From: a virus
Lineage: Duplodnaviria; Caudoviricetes
DNA length: 64,000 bases
Virus record (IMG/VR): IMGVR_UViG_3300023194_000002
Coordinates: 1-64,000 of that record
Direction: 5' to 3' (one strand)
In this document: in pieces, positions 56,155 to 64,000 of the stretch
How positions within the stretch are numbered: the first letter of the stretch is position 1
Layout of the letters: each line of letters starts with the position of its first letter
Program-made: the position numbers and the translations under genes
Notes under the pieces: generated by a model
Told to the model about the DNA's origin: nothing
Seen by the model: only the letters and a program-made list of their open reading frames with translations
The model's database searches: none

Positions 56155-56354
56155 CGCGTCGCCTCCGCCCAGAGCGCGGTGCATTCCTTCAGCTGATGCG
56201 CCTGCGCTCCGTTCACTGCGGTGACGTATAGGTTCCACAGCGTGAGCACCATCCCGAACAGCCACAGAAACTTGAACATACGCTTCTCGACGCGCAGGCT
56301 CTTTTCGAGCTCTGCTATGTGGTTTCTTAGAAATTGTTCGTAGTCGTCTCCCAT
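56151..56354 (-). CDS. Small membrane protein
   Basis: GGAG RBS; MFKFLWLFGMVLTLWNLYV. Confidence 0.6.
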   Translation of the reverse strand: MGDDYEQFLRNHIAELEKSLRVEKRMFKFLWLFGMVLTLWNLYVTAVNGAQAHQLKECTALWAEATR

Positions 56355-56584
56355 GTCTCAACTCCTATCCGAATCACCGTCAGCATGTGTTAGCCCCGCT
56401 TATGCTTTTCGCGCGCTGCCATGTATTCATCCCGCGCTTCTGCGCAGTTGTCCCAAGCCTCCATGAACTCGTCTTTGGTTTCGGCGCAAACGTCAACCCG
56501 GTTGAACTCGACGAAAGCGTCTGCAAACTTGTCCGCTGACTTCAGTAACTTATCAAACAGTCCCATGTCTCAACTCCTATCCGA
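56349..56584. repeat. 24-bp perfect direct repeat spanning RBS and start codon of two adjacent genes
   Basis: TCCCATGTCTCAACTCCTATCCGA at 56349-56372 and 56561-56584. Confidence 0.85.
56390..56566 (-). CDS. Small helical protein (58 aa), absent from ORF track
   Basis: MGLFDKLLKSADKFADAF...; same RBS as neighbour. Confidence 0.65.
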   Translation of the reverse strand: MGLFDKLLKSADKFADAFVEFNRVDVCAETKDEFMEAWDNCAEARDEYMAAREKHKRG

Positions 56585-56793
56585 GACGCACGAATCCGAG
56601 CGCTCGAAGCGCAGCACCGCGGCGCAGTCAGCATGGGGGTCGCTTCCCCGCGCTACTCGTTCGGTGCTGCGCTTCCAGCGTTAGGAAGCGTACCTGTTAG
56701 ATTGTCGGCCGCTGCGCGTGGTTTTGCGAGGGGCACCCTTTCTTGTTTTGCCACGCGCAGCAGCCCGGCCCCGCGTTGGTGCGGGGGTACGTT

Positions 56794-58077
56794 TTATTCG
56801 AGCGCGTCCGCCGCGTCGTCCTGCGGCGAGCTCTCACCATCGAGAGCCTGCTCGGCGGCTGCAGCCTCCAGCTGCTGGAATGCCGCCTCTGCGGCCTGCA
56901 GCGTGGCCTGGACCTGGCCCTTCAGGTGCGCGGTCAGGCCTGGCTTCTGAATCTCCGTCTCATAATGAGAGATGTAATTGCCGAGCTGATCTAGGGCGAG
57001 CTCGGAGAGTGGCCTTCCCGCGACGGCCTTGTCTGGATAGCCCTTGGCCGCAAGGGGTTGAGCGCGTCGTGTTGCCGGCGCCTGAGTCGACGTCTGCGAC
57101 TGTGCAGGAGCCGCGGCGGATTGCTGCTGTGGCTCTGTCGCGGGCGCTGCATCTGCTGCTGACACTGGTGTGGACTGGACCGCTGCAGCGAGCTCGTCTA
57201 CGCGCTGATCGCCGCTCTCTAGCTGCGCGGGTGTGTCCACGATGGATGCGTCATCGTCATCCACCCGCAAACCCTGCGCGGCCAGGGCATTGGCAACGAC
57301 AGGATCGACAGTGGACGCGGTAAACTGTGCGCGCCCATCCTCGGCAGCAAGGTCCACCGCAATCGCGCGTGACAGTTCAACGCTCTTCGTCATCCAGGTC
57401 CACAGTGCCCGGACGGCGGTCTTTCGGAACATGGCCTCCTCGTCCGTATCCCATGGGGTCTGAAAGTCCTTTTCGCGAGCCTGCTGCACGTTCGAACTCC
57501 GGTCTCTGCGCGCAAACACCTGTCCGCGCGTAAGGCATTCAAACTGCGGATTGTCCGGATAGTCGCGGTGCACGGCCACCGCATAGACGTGCGTGATCGG
57601 ATGCTGCTCGTAGTCATCAGCGTCGGACGGCTCGTGAATAAGGTCCTTTCGCAGACCCAATGTCCTCTTGAATAGGTCGCCCTCGCGCACGACGTGCGCG
57701 TAGACGCGGGCTCCGGCTCGGCTGCCGAGCTCAATAAAACCCTGATAGCCAATCTGCATCGTGCACTCGAGTACGCGCTTCTTTCCATTCCACCGAGGAA
57801 TGAGATACGCGTGTCCCAGTGGAGTGTTAGCCTCAAGCCCGAGCTGCGACAGTTGCATGACGCAGCCGAGGAAACTCACAGGCGTGCACTGCTGCAGCTT
57901 TTCGTTGCTGTTTAGCGCCGTGACGAACAACCGCGTCATGCGGTCGGCCGTCACGTGCTTCGGCAGCGCCATGGCAATCTGGCTCTGCATTTTGAGCAGC
58001 ATGTCTGACAGCTTCGGCTGTGACGCCGAGGTCTGTCGCTTCTGGATCTGTCCCGTGGCATCCGTACGAGGTGCCAT
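56794..58077 (-). CDS. recT: RecT-family single-strand annealing recombinase
   Basis: QIAMALPKHVTADRM, QLGLEANTPLGHAYLIP, QIGYQG, MFRKTAVR. Confidence 0.92.
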   Translation of the reverse strand: MAPRTDATGQIQKRQTSASQPKLSDMLLKMQSQIAMALPKHVTADRMTRLFVTALNSNEKLQQCTPVSFLGCVMQLSQLGLEANTPLGHAYLIPRWNGKKRVLECTMQIGYQGFIELGSRAGARVYAHVVREGDLFKRTLGLRKDLIHEPSDADDYEQHPITHVYAVAVHRDYPDNPQFECLTRGQVFARRDRSSNVQQAREKDFQTPWDTDEEAMFRKTAVRALWTWMTKSVELSRAIAVDLAAEDGRAQFTASTVDPVVANALAAQGLRVDDDDASIVDTPAQLESGDQRVDELAAAVQSTPVSAADAAPATEPQQQSAAAPAQSQTSTQAPATRRAQPLAAKGYPDKAVAGRPLSELALDQLGNYISHYETEIQKPGLTAHLKGQVQATLQAAEAAFQQLEAAAAEQALDGESSPQDDAADALE

Positions 58078-58109
58078 ATCTAGTGCCTCCTAAATCAAAT
58101 AGTAAGGTG

Positions 58110-59051
58110 TCAGCGTTTCTTGGTTTTGGACTTCGGCGCCGCTTTCCGGCGGAAGTCCGTGTAAGTAGTGTCGGCCACGGTGTAGCCAGCGCGTGTTAGG
58201 GTGCGCTGCGTATAGCTGACGCCCGATGGCAGCACGCCTACCTCTGCATCGGCCATCGCGGACCGAAACTGCGCCTTGATTTCTTGGACTCTCTTTTCCG
58301 AGGCCTTCACCTCGGCCTTCAGCTTTTCGCACTCGTCATCGAGCGCGAGAAAGCTCGCGTCGAGTTCGACAGCGCCCTGTCTAGAGTCCGCATACAGATG
58401 ATCCAACGCCTGAAAGCTTGACTCGCTGCCGTCTGCTGGCGGCGGCGCGAGTGTCTGCACACGCCCCCAGAACTCCTCACCTGCGTGGATGATTCGTCGC
58501 ATCAGAGTCTCGTCGCGCTCGATCAGATCCCACACAAACTTCTGTCCACCGATCAGGCACGCGATGCGGCACATCGGGGCTCCAGTCACCAGCATCTGCT
58601 GGTGACACTGAACGACGTGGCGCATGGGCGCCCCCTCGGTCCACTCACCATCTAGATATAGAGTGGTGGTCTTGCACTCGAGCGGTAGGCCGTCAGCGGT
58701 CTCCGCGTCGAGCGTGGCCAGCGCCCATGGGTGCTCGACAGACTGCAGTAGCAGTCCATGCATCTGATGCCGGATTCCGGTGCGCCGGGAAAACTCAGCA
58801 GCGACGATAGGCTCTAACACATGGCCCCAGTGGGCCGCCTCTGACTCTTCATCAGCGTCGATCGGAACTGCGCCGACCTTGCGCGCGTACACGTGCAGTG
58901 CGCTCTCCCAGCGATTTTCTCCGAGGATTGCGGGCATTTCGGATGCGCCGATTCCGGACTGACGTAGACCTAGCCACTCGTCGCGGTCGGTGCTGCTGCC
59001 CAGGACCCTGTATGGTACGACGGGCTCAGCTGATAGAGCTGCAGCTGTCAC
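58110..59051 (-). CDS. YqaJ/lambda-exonuclease family protein
   Basis: EWLGLRQSGIGASE, WGHVLE, ATLDA, LECKT, QCHQQM. Confidence 0.92.
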   Translation of the reverse strand: MTAAALSAEPVVPYRVLGSSTDRDEWLGLRQSGIGASEMPAILGENRWESALHVYARKVGAVPIDADEESEAAHWGHVLEPIVAAEFSRRTGIRHQMHGLLLQSVEHPWALATLDAETADGLPLECKTTTLYLDGEWTEGAPMRHVVQCHQQMLVTGAPMCRIACLIGGQKFVWDLIERDETLMRRIIHAGEEFWGRVQTLAPPPADGSESSFQALDHLYADSRQGAVELDASFLALDDECEKLKAEVKASEKRVQEIKAQFRSAMADAEVGVLPSGVSYTQRTLTRAGYTVADTTYTDFRRKAAPKSKTKKR

Positions 59052-59320
59052 GGCTGCCCCCCTTTGCTCGGATGCGTGACATCGGAGCGCGCATATGTCT
59101 GACTGGTAGATGCGAGGCTATCGAACGGGCAAGGCTCCCACGGGCCCATCCCGGTGTGCTTGTACTCGTCGTTGAGCGCCTCTAGCGCCCACAACATTGT
59201 CTCGTCAACAATCTCCCAATGCCACAGGGCGCCGAAGTGAGGATCCGCCTCGGAGACAACGCCCCCGGCCTCGACGACCGCCTGTGCCGCCGCACCGGAC
59301 AGTAATTCTCGCTCGCTCAT
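59048..59320 (-). CDS. Hypothetical protein
   Basis: Coupled ORF. Confidence 0.45.
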   Translation of the reverse strand: MSERELLSGAAAQAVVEAGGVVSEADPHFGALWHWEIVDETMLWALEALNDEYKHTGMGPWEPCPFDSLASTSQTYARSDVTHPSKGGQP

Positions 59321-59628
59321 GGCTGCACCTCGATGAGGGTGAGCAACGTCGTGAGCAGTGCCATCGCGCCAGCCTCGCCGCGATGAATGACAGACGCTGG
59401 GCCTGGAACTGCTCCAGAGGACTGCAGCCCCCGCAGCCAATCGCGAGCTTCAAGCGCGGCTTGAGTACCGCGTAGGCGCGGCGCGATGCCAGCATAGTGG
59501 AGATGCTCCGCGGATTCCTCCGCGTCTAGCAGACCCTCGCACAGCGCGCGGATCTGCTGTTGGTGAAGCGATGTCAGTCGGTCAAGGGCCTCCGCCCAGT
59601 CGACCATGCGGATCACGGGCTTGGTCAC
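59317..59628 (-). CDS. Hypothetical protein
   Basis: Coupled ORF. Confidence 0.5.
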   Translation of the reverse strand: MTKPVIRMVDWAEALDRLTSLHQQQIRALCEGLLDAEESAEHLHYAGIAPRLRGTQAALEARDWLRGLQSSGAVPGPASVIHRGEAGAMALLTTLLTLIEVQP

Positions 59629-60293
59629 GGCACCACCTCAGCGGCCTTCGCGGCCTCGATCTCACGCTCCGCGCACGCGCGGATATCCGCAAGCGCAACC
59701 TCATTATCGATCGCGCTGAAGTCCGGCACGCGCTCCATCCACGGGCACGATGCGAGATGGATGAGAGCACCCGCGGCGCCCGGGCCGATCTTGGCCTCAA
59801 GCGCGTACCCAGCCTCACCGGCTAGATGGATGGCCCATCCCGCGCGGCAATGCGTGGTGCTGCATGCTGGCTCACTCGCCTCGTTATGCCAGCTGCCCAT
59901 GTCGAGGCCTGCAGCCTCGGCGCCGATTGCCTCGAGCATCCGCTGGTGCAGACGCTCAACAACTGGGATGCCGTTGAGGTTCGCGCCGCTGAGGTACGCG
60001 CCGTTGAGGCTCGCGCCGCTGAGGTTCGCGCCGTCGAGGTCCGCGCCGTTGAGGTACGCGCCGATGAGGTACGCGTCTCTGAGGTTCGCGCCGTTGAGGT
60101 TCGCGCCGCTGAGGTTCGCGTCTCTGAGGTCCGCGCCGTCGAGGTCCGCGCCGTTGAGGTACGCGCCGATGAGGTACGCGCCGCTGAGGTTCGCGTCTCT
60201 GAGGTTCGCGCCGCTGAGGTTCGCGCCGTCGAGCGTATCCGCATCAACAGTCATCAGGACCAACCCGGTCCATCGGTGTTTGATCTCAATCAT
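59625..60293 (-). CDS. Pentapeptide-repeat protein
   Basis: About 16 A(N/D/Y/S)LxG-type repeats; C-terminal THCRAGWAI. Confidence 0.92.
   Translation of the reverse strand: MIEIKHRWTGLVLMTVDADTLDGANLSGANLRDANLSGAYLIGAYLNGADLDGADLRDANLSGANLNGANLRDAYLIGAYLNGADLDGANLSGASLNGAYLSGANLNGIPVVERLHQRMLEAIGAEAAGLDMGSWHNEASEPACSTTHCRAGWAIHLAGEAGYALEAKIGPGAAGALIHLASCPWMERVPDFSAIDNEVALADIRACAEREIEAAKAAEVVP
59990..60236. repeat. 15-bp tandem repeat encoding the pentapeptide repeats
   Basis: Units such as GCCGCTGAGGTTCGC with variants. Confidence 0.9.
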
Positions 60294-60416
60294 ATCTCAC
60301 GCTCCAATCAAAACAATTATCGGTAAAAGACACCGCGCAAAGCGCCAGGCCGGTAAACCTCCTGGCAAATCGCGCGTAGCGCCTGCACGCTCTGCGGCGG
60401 TGTCTGAGTCTCGTGG

Positions 60417-60578
60417 TCAGTCCTCGCTATCCTCGTCCTCATCGTGATCGCCGTAGTCGGCATCAAGCTCGTCATCGGGCTCGACCTCTGCGTCGAGCAC
60501 AGGCGCCTTGACGATGGGGATCTCTACGGTCGCGTCGGGGTCAACGGTATGAGTGTCGGTATCGCTGTGCATAGTCAT
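60417..60578 (-). CDS. Small very acidic protein (53 aa), absent from ORF track
   Basis: MTMHSDTDTH...EPDDELDADYGDHDEDEDSED; GAGGAG RBS. Confidence 0.65.
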   Translation of the reverse strand: MTMHSDTDTHTVDPDATVEIPIVKAPVLDAEVEPDDELDADYGDHDEDEDSED

Positions 60579-60743
60579 AGCGCTAGTCTCCTCTGTGTGA
60601 GTGAATCGAGCTGCGAGCGCTCGAGGTGACGATCCAGGAATCCACCGGACACGGTGTTTGCAGTCTCAACTCCGCAACCCGCGCCGGGTTGAGATATTGG
60701 CCCTTGGGTCGCCACCTCCAGAGCTCGCGCGCTGGAGCAAAAT

Positions 60744-61130
60744 TCAGAACTGTACAGCCAACGCGATCTGCGGGTACTCCCGCCAGCCGCGGAAACGGAA
60801 CACCTTCACGACGCGGACGCTGCCGTCAGGCTGCGTCTGCTCGTCAGATACACGCTCCGTGGTGCTGGCTACGGGGATAATCCCGCGCGCCTGCAGAAGC
60901 GCTACGACTGCGGTGACGAAGGTCGGCTCGCCCTGCACCATCGCGTAAGCGTGGCCATCTGGTAGGGACGCGACCAGCTCGCGCGCCGCTGCTAACACGT
61001 CGGAAGTCGTGGCCTCTGGGCCAATCTCCGGGTGGCTGACGTCTACGACATCGCCAACAACAGCCTCTTCGTGGTCGAGCGGGCCAACCCCGCGCGACTC
61101 GCACAGCTGCCTGTAATCCTCGTATGTCAC
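60744..61130 (-). CDS. Csx20-like CRISPR-ancillary (candidate ring nuclease) protein
   Basis: VVDVSHPEIGP, AMVQGEPTFVTAVV, VASTTERV..DG..VKVFRFRGWREY; resembles remembered Csx20-type motifs. Confidence 0.6.
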   Translation of the reverse strand: MTYEDYRQLCESRGVGPLDHEEAVVGDVVDVSHPEIGPEATTSDVLAAARELVASLPDGHAYAMVQGEPTFVTAVVALLQARGIIPVASTTERVSDEQTQPDGSVRVVKVFRFRGWREYPQIALAVQF

Positions 61131-61327
61131 ACGCCATCTCCCGCGCCGCTTACAGCGACCGCATACGCTGCGCGCGCCTGCATCTCATTCTTGATGATGT
61201 ACTTCTTCTCCCGGCCCTTGGCCGGGGTCACGTAGACCGCCCACGTGTTGGCGATCTCGTTTCGCATGAGGTGGACCGTCGCGCGGTCTCCTCTGTATAT
61301 GTCTGCTGTGTAGATGCGCTGGTCCAT
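61127..61327 (-). CDS. Small hypothetical protein
   Basis: MDQRIYTADIY...; coupled to Csx20-like gene. Confidence 0.55.
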   Translation of the reverse strand: MDQRIYTADIYRGDRATVHLMRNEIANTWAVYVTPAKGREKKYIIKNEMQARAAYAVAVSGAGDGV

Positions 61328-61591
61328 CTCGCCTCGCTCTCCATCGCGCCGCGTTGATGGGTGGAGCATGGGACGTTTGAGACTGGACGTCAACGTCCAT
61401 ACGTCATTTTTTTTCGGCGACCGCCCTGGCGCCACGATTCGGCCACTTCCGACGGTCGTGTGCGTCAACCGGCGATGGGTGAGCACCGCGCGCTAACCGC
61501 TCGTCTGCGCGAAAAATATGGGCGGAGCGTCAGATCTCTCTGGATCGCAGCGGTCCGATCGTCGATCGTCCGCGCACTATAGGAGGGCATT

Positions 61592-62140
61592 GTGGCGCTA
61601 GGTAAATGTCGCGAGTGCGGTGTTGAGGTTAGTTCAGAAGCGAAGACGTGTCCGAAGTGTGGGATAAAAACACCGATCCGCACAACGCGATGGATCCGAT
61701 TTTCTATCATCGGAATCCTCGGCGGGCTTTGGATGATTGGCGCAATAGTCTCGAAGGAGACAGCAAATCTCTCGACGGCGTCCGGATCTTCATCCGCATA
61801 CGAATCGGCAGAATCTGCAAAGACACCGTTGGTCGTGCCCATACGCGCGCTACTCAATGCGTACAAGGCAAATGAGGTTAGCGCTGACGCACAATATAAA
61901 AAGCGCCTCGTTCAGACCACGGGCGTCGTCTCGAAAGTTGCGAAGGACATCCTCGACAAGATCTATGTGACACTCGGAACGGGGGCTCGTTTCGAGATCC
62001 CGGAAGTGCAGTGTTTCTTTTCGGATTCGGACGCGAGCGCAGTTGGCCAGCTGCGACCGGGGCAGCAGATTACGGTCCAAGGACGTGTGCACGGCAAGAT
62101 GATGAACGTCATCGTGCGCGATTGCGCATTAGCACAATGA
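61592..62140 (+). CDS. Zinc-ribbon + TM + OB-fold (tRNA_anti-like) membrane protein
   Basis: KCRECG..CPKCG, TM segment, LLNAYKANEVSADAQYK..TGVVSK. Confidence 0.8.
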   Translation: MALGKCRECGVEVSSEAKTCPKCGIKTPIRTTRWIRFSIIGILGGLWMIGAIVSKETANLSTASGSSSAYESAESAKTPLVVPIRALLNAYKANEVSADAQYKKRLVQTTGVVSKVAKDILDKIYVTLGTGARFEIPEVQCFFSDSDASAVGQLRPGQQITVQGRVHGKMMNVIVRDCALAQ

Positions 62141-62150
62141 ATTGCTGCGC

Positions 62151-62675
62151 TCACGGCGACGGCCGCGGATCGATATCGGACAAACGGTCGCGCCGAGCTC
62201 GCAGATCCGCGAGCCGACGCACAACCGCGAACTCGTGCACATCGTACCGCTGCGCGAGCTCGCGGATTGGCCGCGCTGTATTGATCGACCATGCAGGCAT
62301 GAGCAGAGCGCGTCCCATTCGCTGCGCCGTCATGTGATCCACCTGCATATCTCGCTGATACAGCCACCAGCACGCAATGAGATGCGCGATGCGCTCCCGA
62401 CACTGGCGAGCATCGAATCGAGAGTCGTACCGGATCGTATGCAGCGCAAGCATTGCTCCGCCCGGGACATGAGACGTTAACGGCACGAGATCGAGCCCAT
62501 ACGCCTCCGCCATGGCGAACACGTCCACGGGTAGGGTCGTGACGCTTAGCTCGTCTAACAGCTCACGAGCGAGCGCCTCCGGATCCGCTTCTATTTTAGA
62601 AGAATCGATACAGGCCAATGCACACCAACCAAGCGAGAGGATTAGCCTACGGCTATCCGTCACGCCTGTCTGCAA
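62151..62675 (-). CDS. ImmA/IrrE-like protein with degenerate metalloprotease motif
   Basis: PVDVFAMAE, RERIAHLIAC in place of HExxH, RALLMP; downstream of repressor. Confidence 0.65.
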   Translation of the reverse strand: MQTGVTDSRRLILSLGWCALACIDSSKIEADPEALARELLDELSVTTLPVDVFAMAEAYGLDLVPLTSHVPGGAMLALHTIRYDSRFDARQCRERIAHLIACWWLYQRDMQVDHMTAQRMGRALLMPAWSINTARPIRELAQRYDVHEFAVVRRLADLRARRDRLSDIDPRPSP

Positions 62676-62742
62676 TGACCTTGCAAGTTTGAACGCTTAT
62701 CGAGGCAACGATGTGCGTTCGGCGTCGACATCAGACCGCATA

Positions 62743-63474
62743 CTATTTCTTTGCGCGCTTCGCGGTTGAAGTAAATTCTGGCTTTTTTTTGCGATACTTA
62801 GGCGCAGGAACTGCAACTGTAGGCGGCGTTCTGACGTCAGCTAATATCTGGTCCAACACCTCGGACGTCACAGCACTGCCGTCTGCAATAAACGTCGCTC
62901 GCGCCCGTCGCCGGACCTCTTGCCGTTGTACCTCGGTGGCGCGTCGTGCTTCAGCCGAATGGAGCCATGCGGACCAAACGTCCTCATCGAGGGTCGAGCG
63001 CGTATGTGTCATTGGCGGTGGTAAAATAGCAGGTGAACCCGTAGCTCCGCCGCTCGCATCTGACCCAGACTGCGCCGCCGCCAATAGATGGAGCAGCGCC
63101 ATCGTGCTCGGGATGCCGTTGAGCCGTGTGGCCATTTCTGCCACACACGCAATTTCACTCGGATCAGCTCGTTGAGCCTCGGGTGTTTGGGTGAATCCCA
63201 GCCAGTACGGGTTCTGCGCGATCATAGCTGCCGCGCTCGACCCTGCCTCCATCCTGGGCCCATCTGCCAGCCAGTCTTCGCTCACTCCAAATTTGAGCGC
63301 GAGCTTCTTTAGCAATTCTCGGCGTGCACCATGCTGGTCGCTCTCAAGCCTGACAATTGTTTTCAGGGTTACGTTAATATCCCTGGCGAGCGCCTCCTGC
63401 GTCATCTTTGACTTGGCGCGTAACATGCGCAGTCGCTTACCCAGCGTGTCGGCTTGATCGTCAGATTTGCTCAT
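62743..63474 (-). CDS. CI-like XRE repressor
   Basis: LGKRLRMLR..MTQEALARDINVTLKTIVRLE..LALKFGVSEDWL; no S24 peptidase domain recognised. Confidence 0.85.
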   Translation of the reverse strand: MSKSDDQADTLGKRLRMLRAKSKMTQEALARDINVTLKTIVRLESDQHGARRELLKKLALKFGVSEDWLADGPRMEAGSSAAAMIAQNPYWLGFTQTPEAQRADPSEIACVAEMATRLNGIPSTMALLHLLAAAQSGSDASGGATGSPAILPPPMTHTRSTLDEDVWSAWLHSAEARRATEVQRQEVRRRARATFIADGSAVTSEVLDQILADVRTPPTVAVPAPKYRKKKPEFTSTAKRAKK

Positions 63475-63482
63475 GGTGTCGC

Positions 63483-63575
63483 GGACATTTCTGCGATACC
63501 TAGCACGGATCAAGGGACGTTTTAGGGTAGACGTTTAGCCGTGCCGTTGACGTATGGACGTTATCGTCTCACAAT
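63483..63575. promoter_or_regulatory. Divergent immunity promoter/operator region
   Basis: TTGACG (63547-63552), 17 bp, CACAAT; four GACGT(T/A) repeats at 63516, 63530, 63549, 63557. Confidence 0.6.
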
Positions 63576-63581
63576 GCCTGC

Positions 63582-63827
63582 GTGAAAAACGAAACGCCCA
63601 CGCTCGGTGAGCGCGTTCGCGCGCGAAGGCTTGAGCTAGGAATCAGTCAAGAGGAGCTGGCCGTTCGCTCGCAGCTGCGAGCGAAGTCGATATTAAGGAT
63701 CGAGGCGGGCGCGGACCCGCGTTCGTCCAACCTACGTCGGATCGCTGCCGTGCTGGGGGTGACATCTGACTGGTTGCTCGCCGGCACTGACCCTCGGCCT
63801 CGTATCCGCCGCGAGGCAGCAGCATGA
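63582..63827 (+). CDS. Cro-like XRE regulator
   Basis: LGERVRARRLELGISQEELA..SILRIE..IAAVLGVTSDWL. Confidence 0.85.
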   Translation: MKNETPTLGERVRARRLELGISQEELAVRSQLRAKSILRIEAGADPRSSNLRRIAAVLGVTSDWLLAGTDPRPRIRREAAA

Positions 63828-64000
63828 ATACCCCGATCAGGGTGATGCTCAGCCCCACCGAGCACATCGACATCGAGCCCTGCGCCGTGACCCGCGAGTT
63901 CGCGGTGCATCGACCAACGCTGCACATCACGCACGCGCATATCCCAGCGGTGGCGGAGCGCAGGGAGCGCATGATCGCGGTACTCCGCGAGCAAAGCCGA
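63824..64000 (+). CDS. Hypothetical protein, 3' truncated by window
   Basis: ATGA overlap with cro; open to window end. Confidence 0.5.
   Translation, partial: MNTPIRVMLSPTEHIDIEPCAVTREFAVHRPTLHITHAHIPAVAERRERMIAVLREQSR

Noticed and set aside
59990-60236. Tandem repeat as a CRISPR array or DGR template
   Set aside because: 15-bp coding repeats without spacers; no reverse transcriptase recognised in the window

Overview
The window is most of the genome of a high-GC temperate contractile-tailed phage, opened inside the terminase gene. It appears to be the excised form, because attP is intact with phage genes on both sides. The host is not determinable from sequence; Myxococcota-like is only an impression. 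1-30.9 kb (+) holds the head, neck, fibre/tailspike, sheath/tube, a -1 frameshifted chaperone pair, tape measure and baseplate genes, a GH16 and a possible holin. 30.9-46.3 kb is an accessory region: GH26, DUF6527-like, a translationally coupled operon of small membrane proteins + FtsK translocase + SLOG, two more proteins with FtsK-gamma-like domains, Doc and ParDE toxin-antitoxin pairs, twin ~110-nt hairpin elements, a type I-G-like mini-CRISPR array and acidic unknown genes. 46.3-64 kb holds a tRNA-Asn-type attP, a long tyrosine integrase, early genes (Xis-HNH, kinase, HNH, MazG-like, RecT/YqaJ, pentapeptide, a Csx20-like protein) and an ImmA-like/CI/Cro switch. Best leads: (1) a stand-alone mini-CRISPR array with its own terminator, plus a Csx20-like ring-nuclease candidate, suggesting manipulation of host CRISPR; (2) a TraB/Spd-like DNA-translocation module with four FtsK-gamma-like domains and a strand-polarised GGGGGAGA motif; (3) the twin structured repeats; (4) a MuF-ParB/Srx fusion. 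All family assignments are by-eye motif recognition; no database searches were run.
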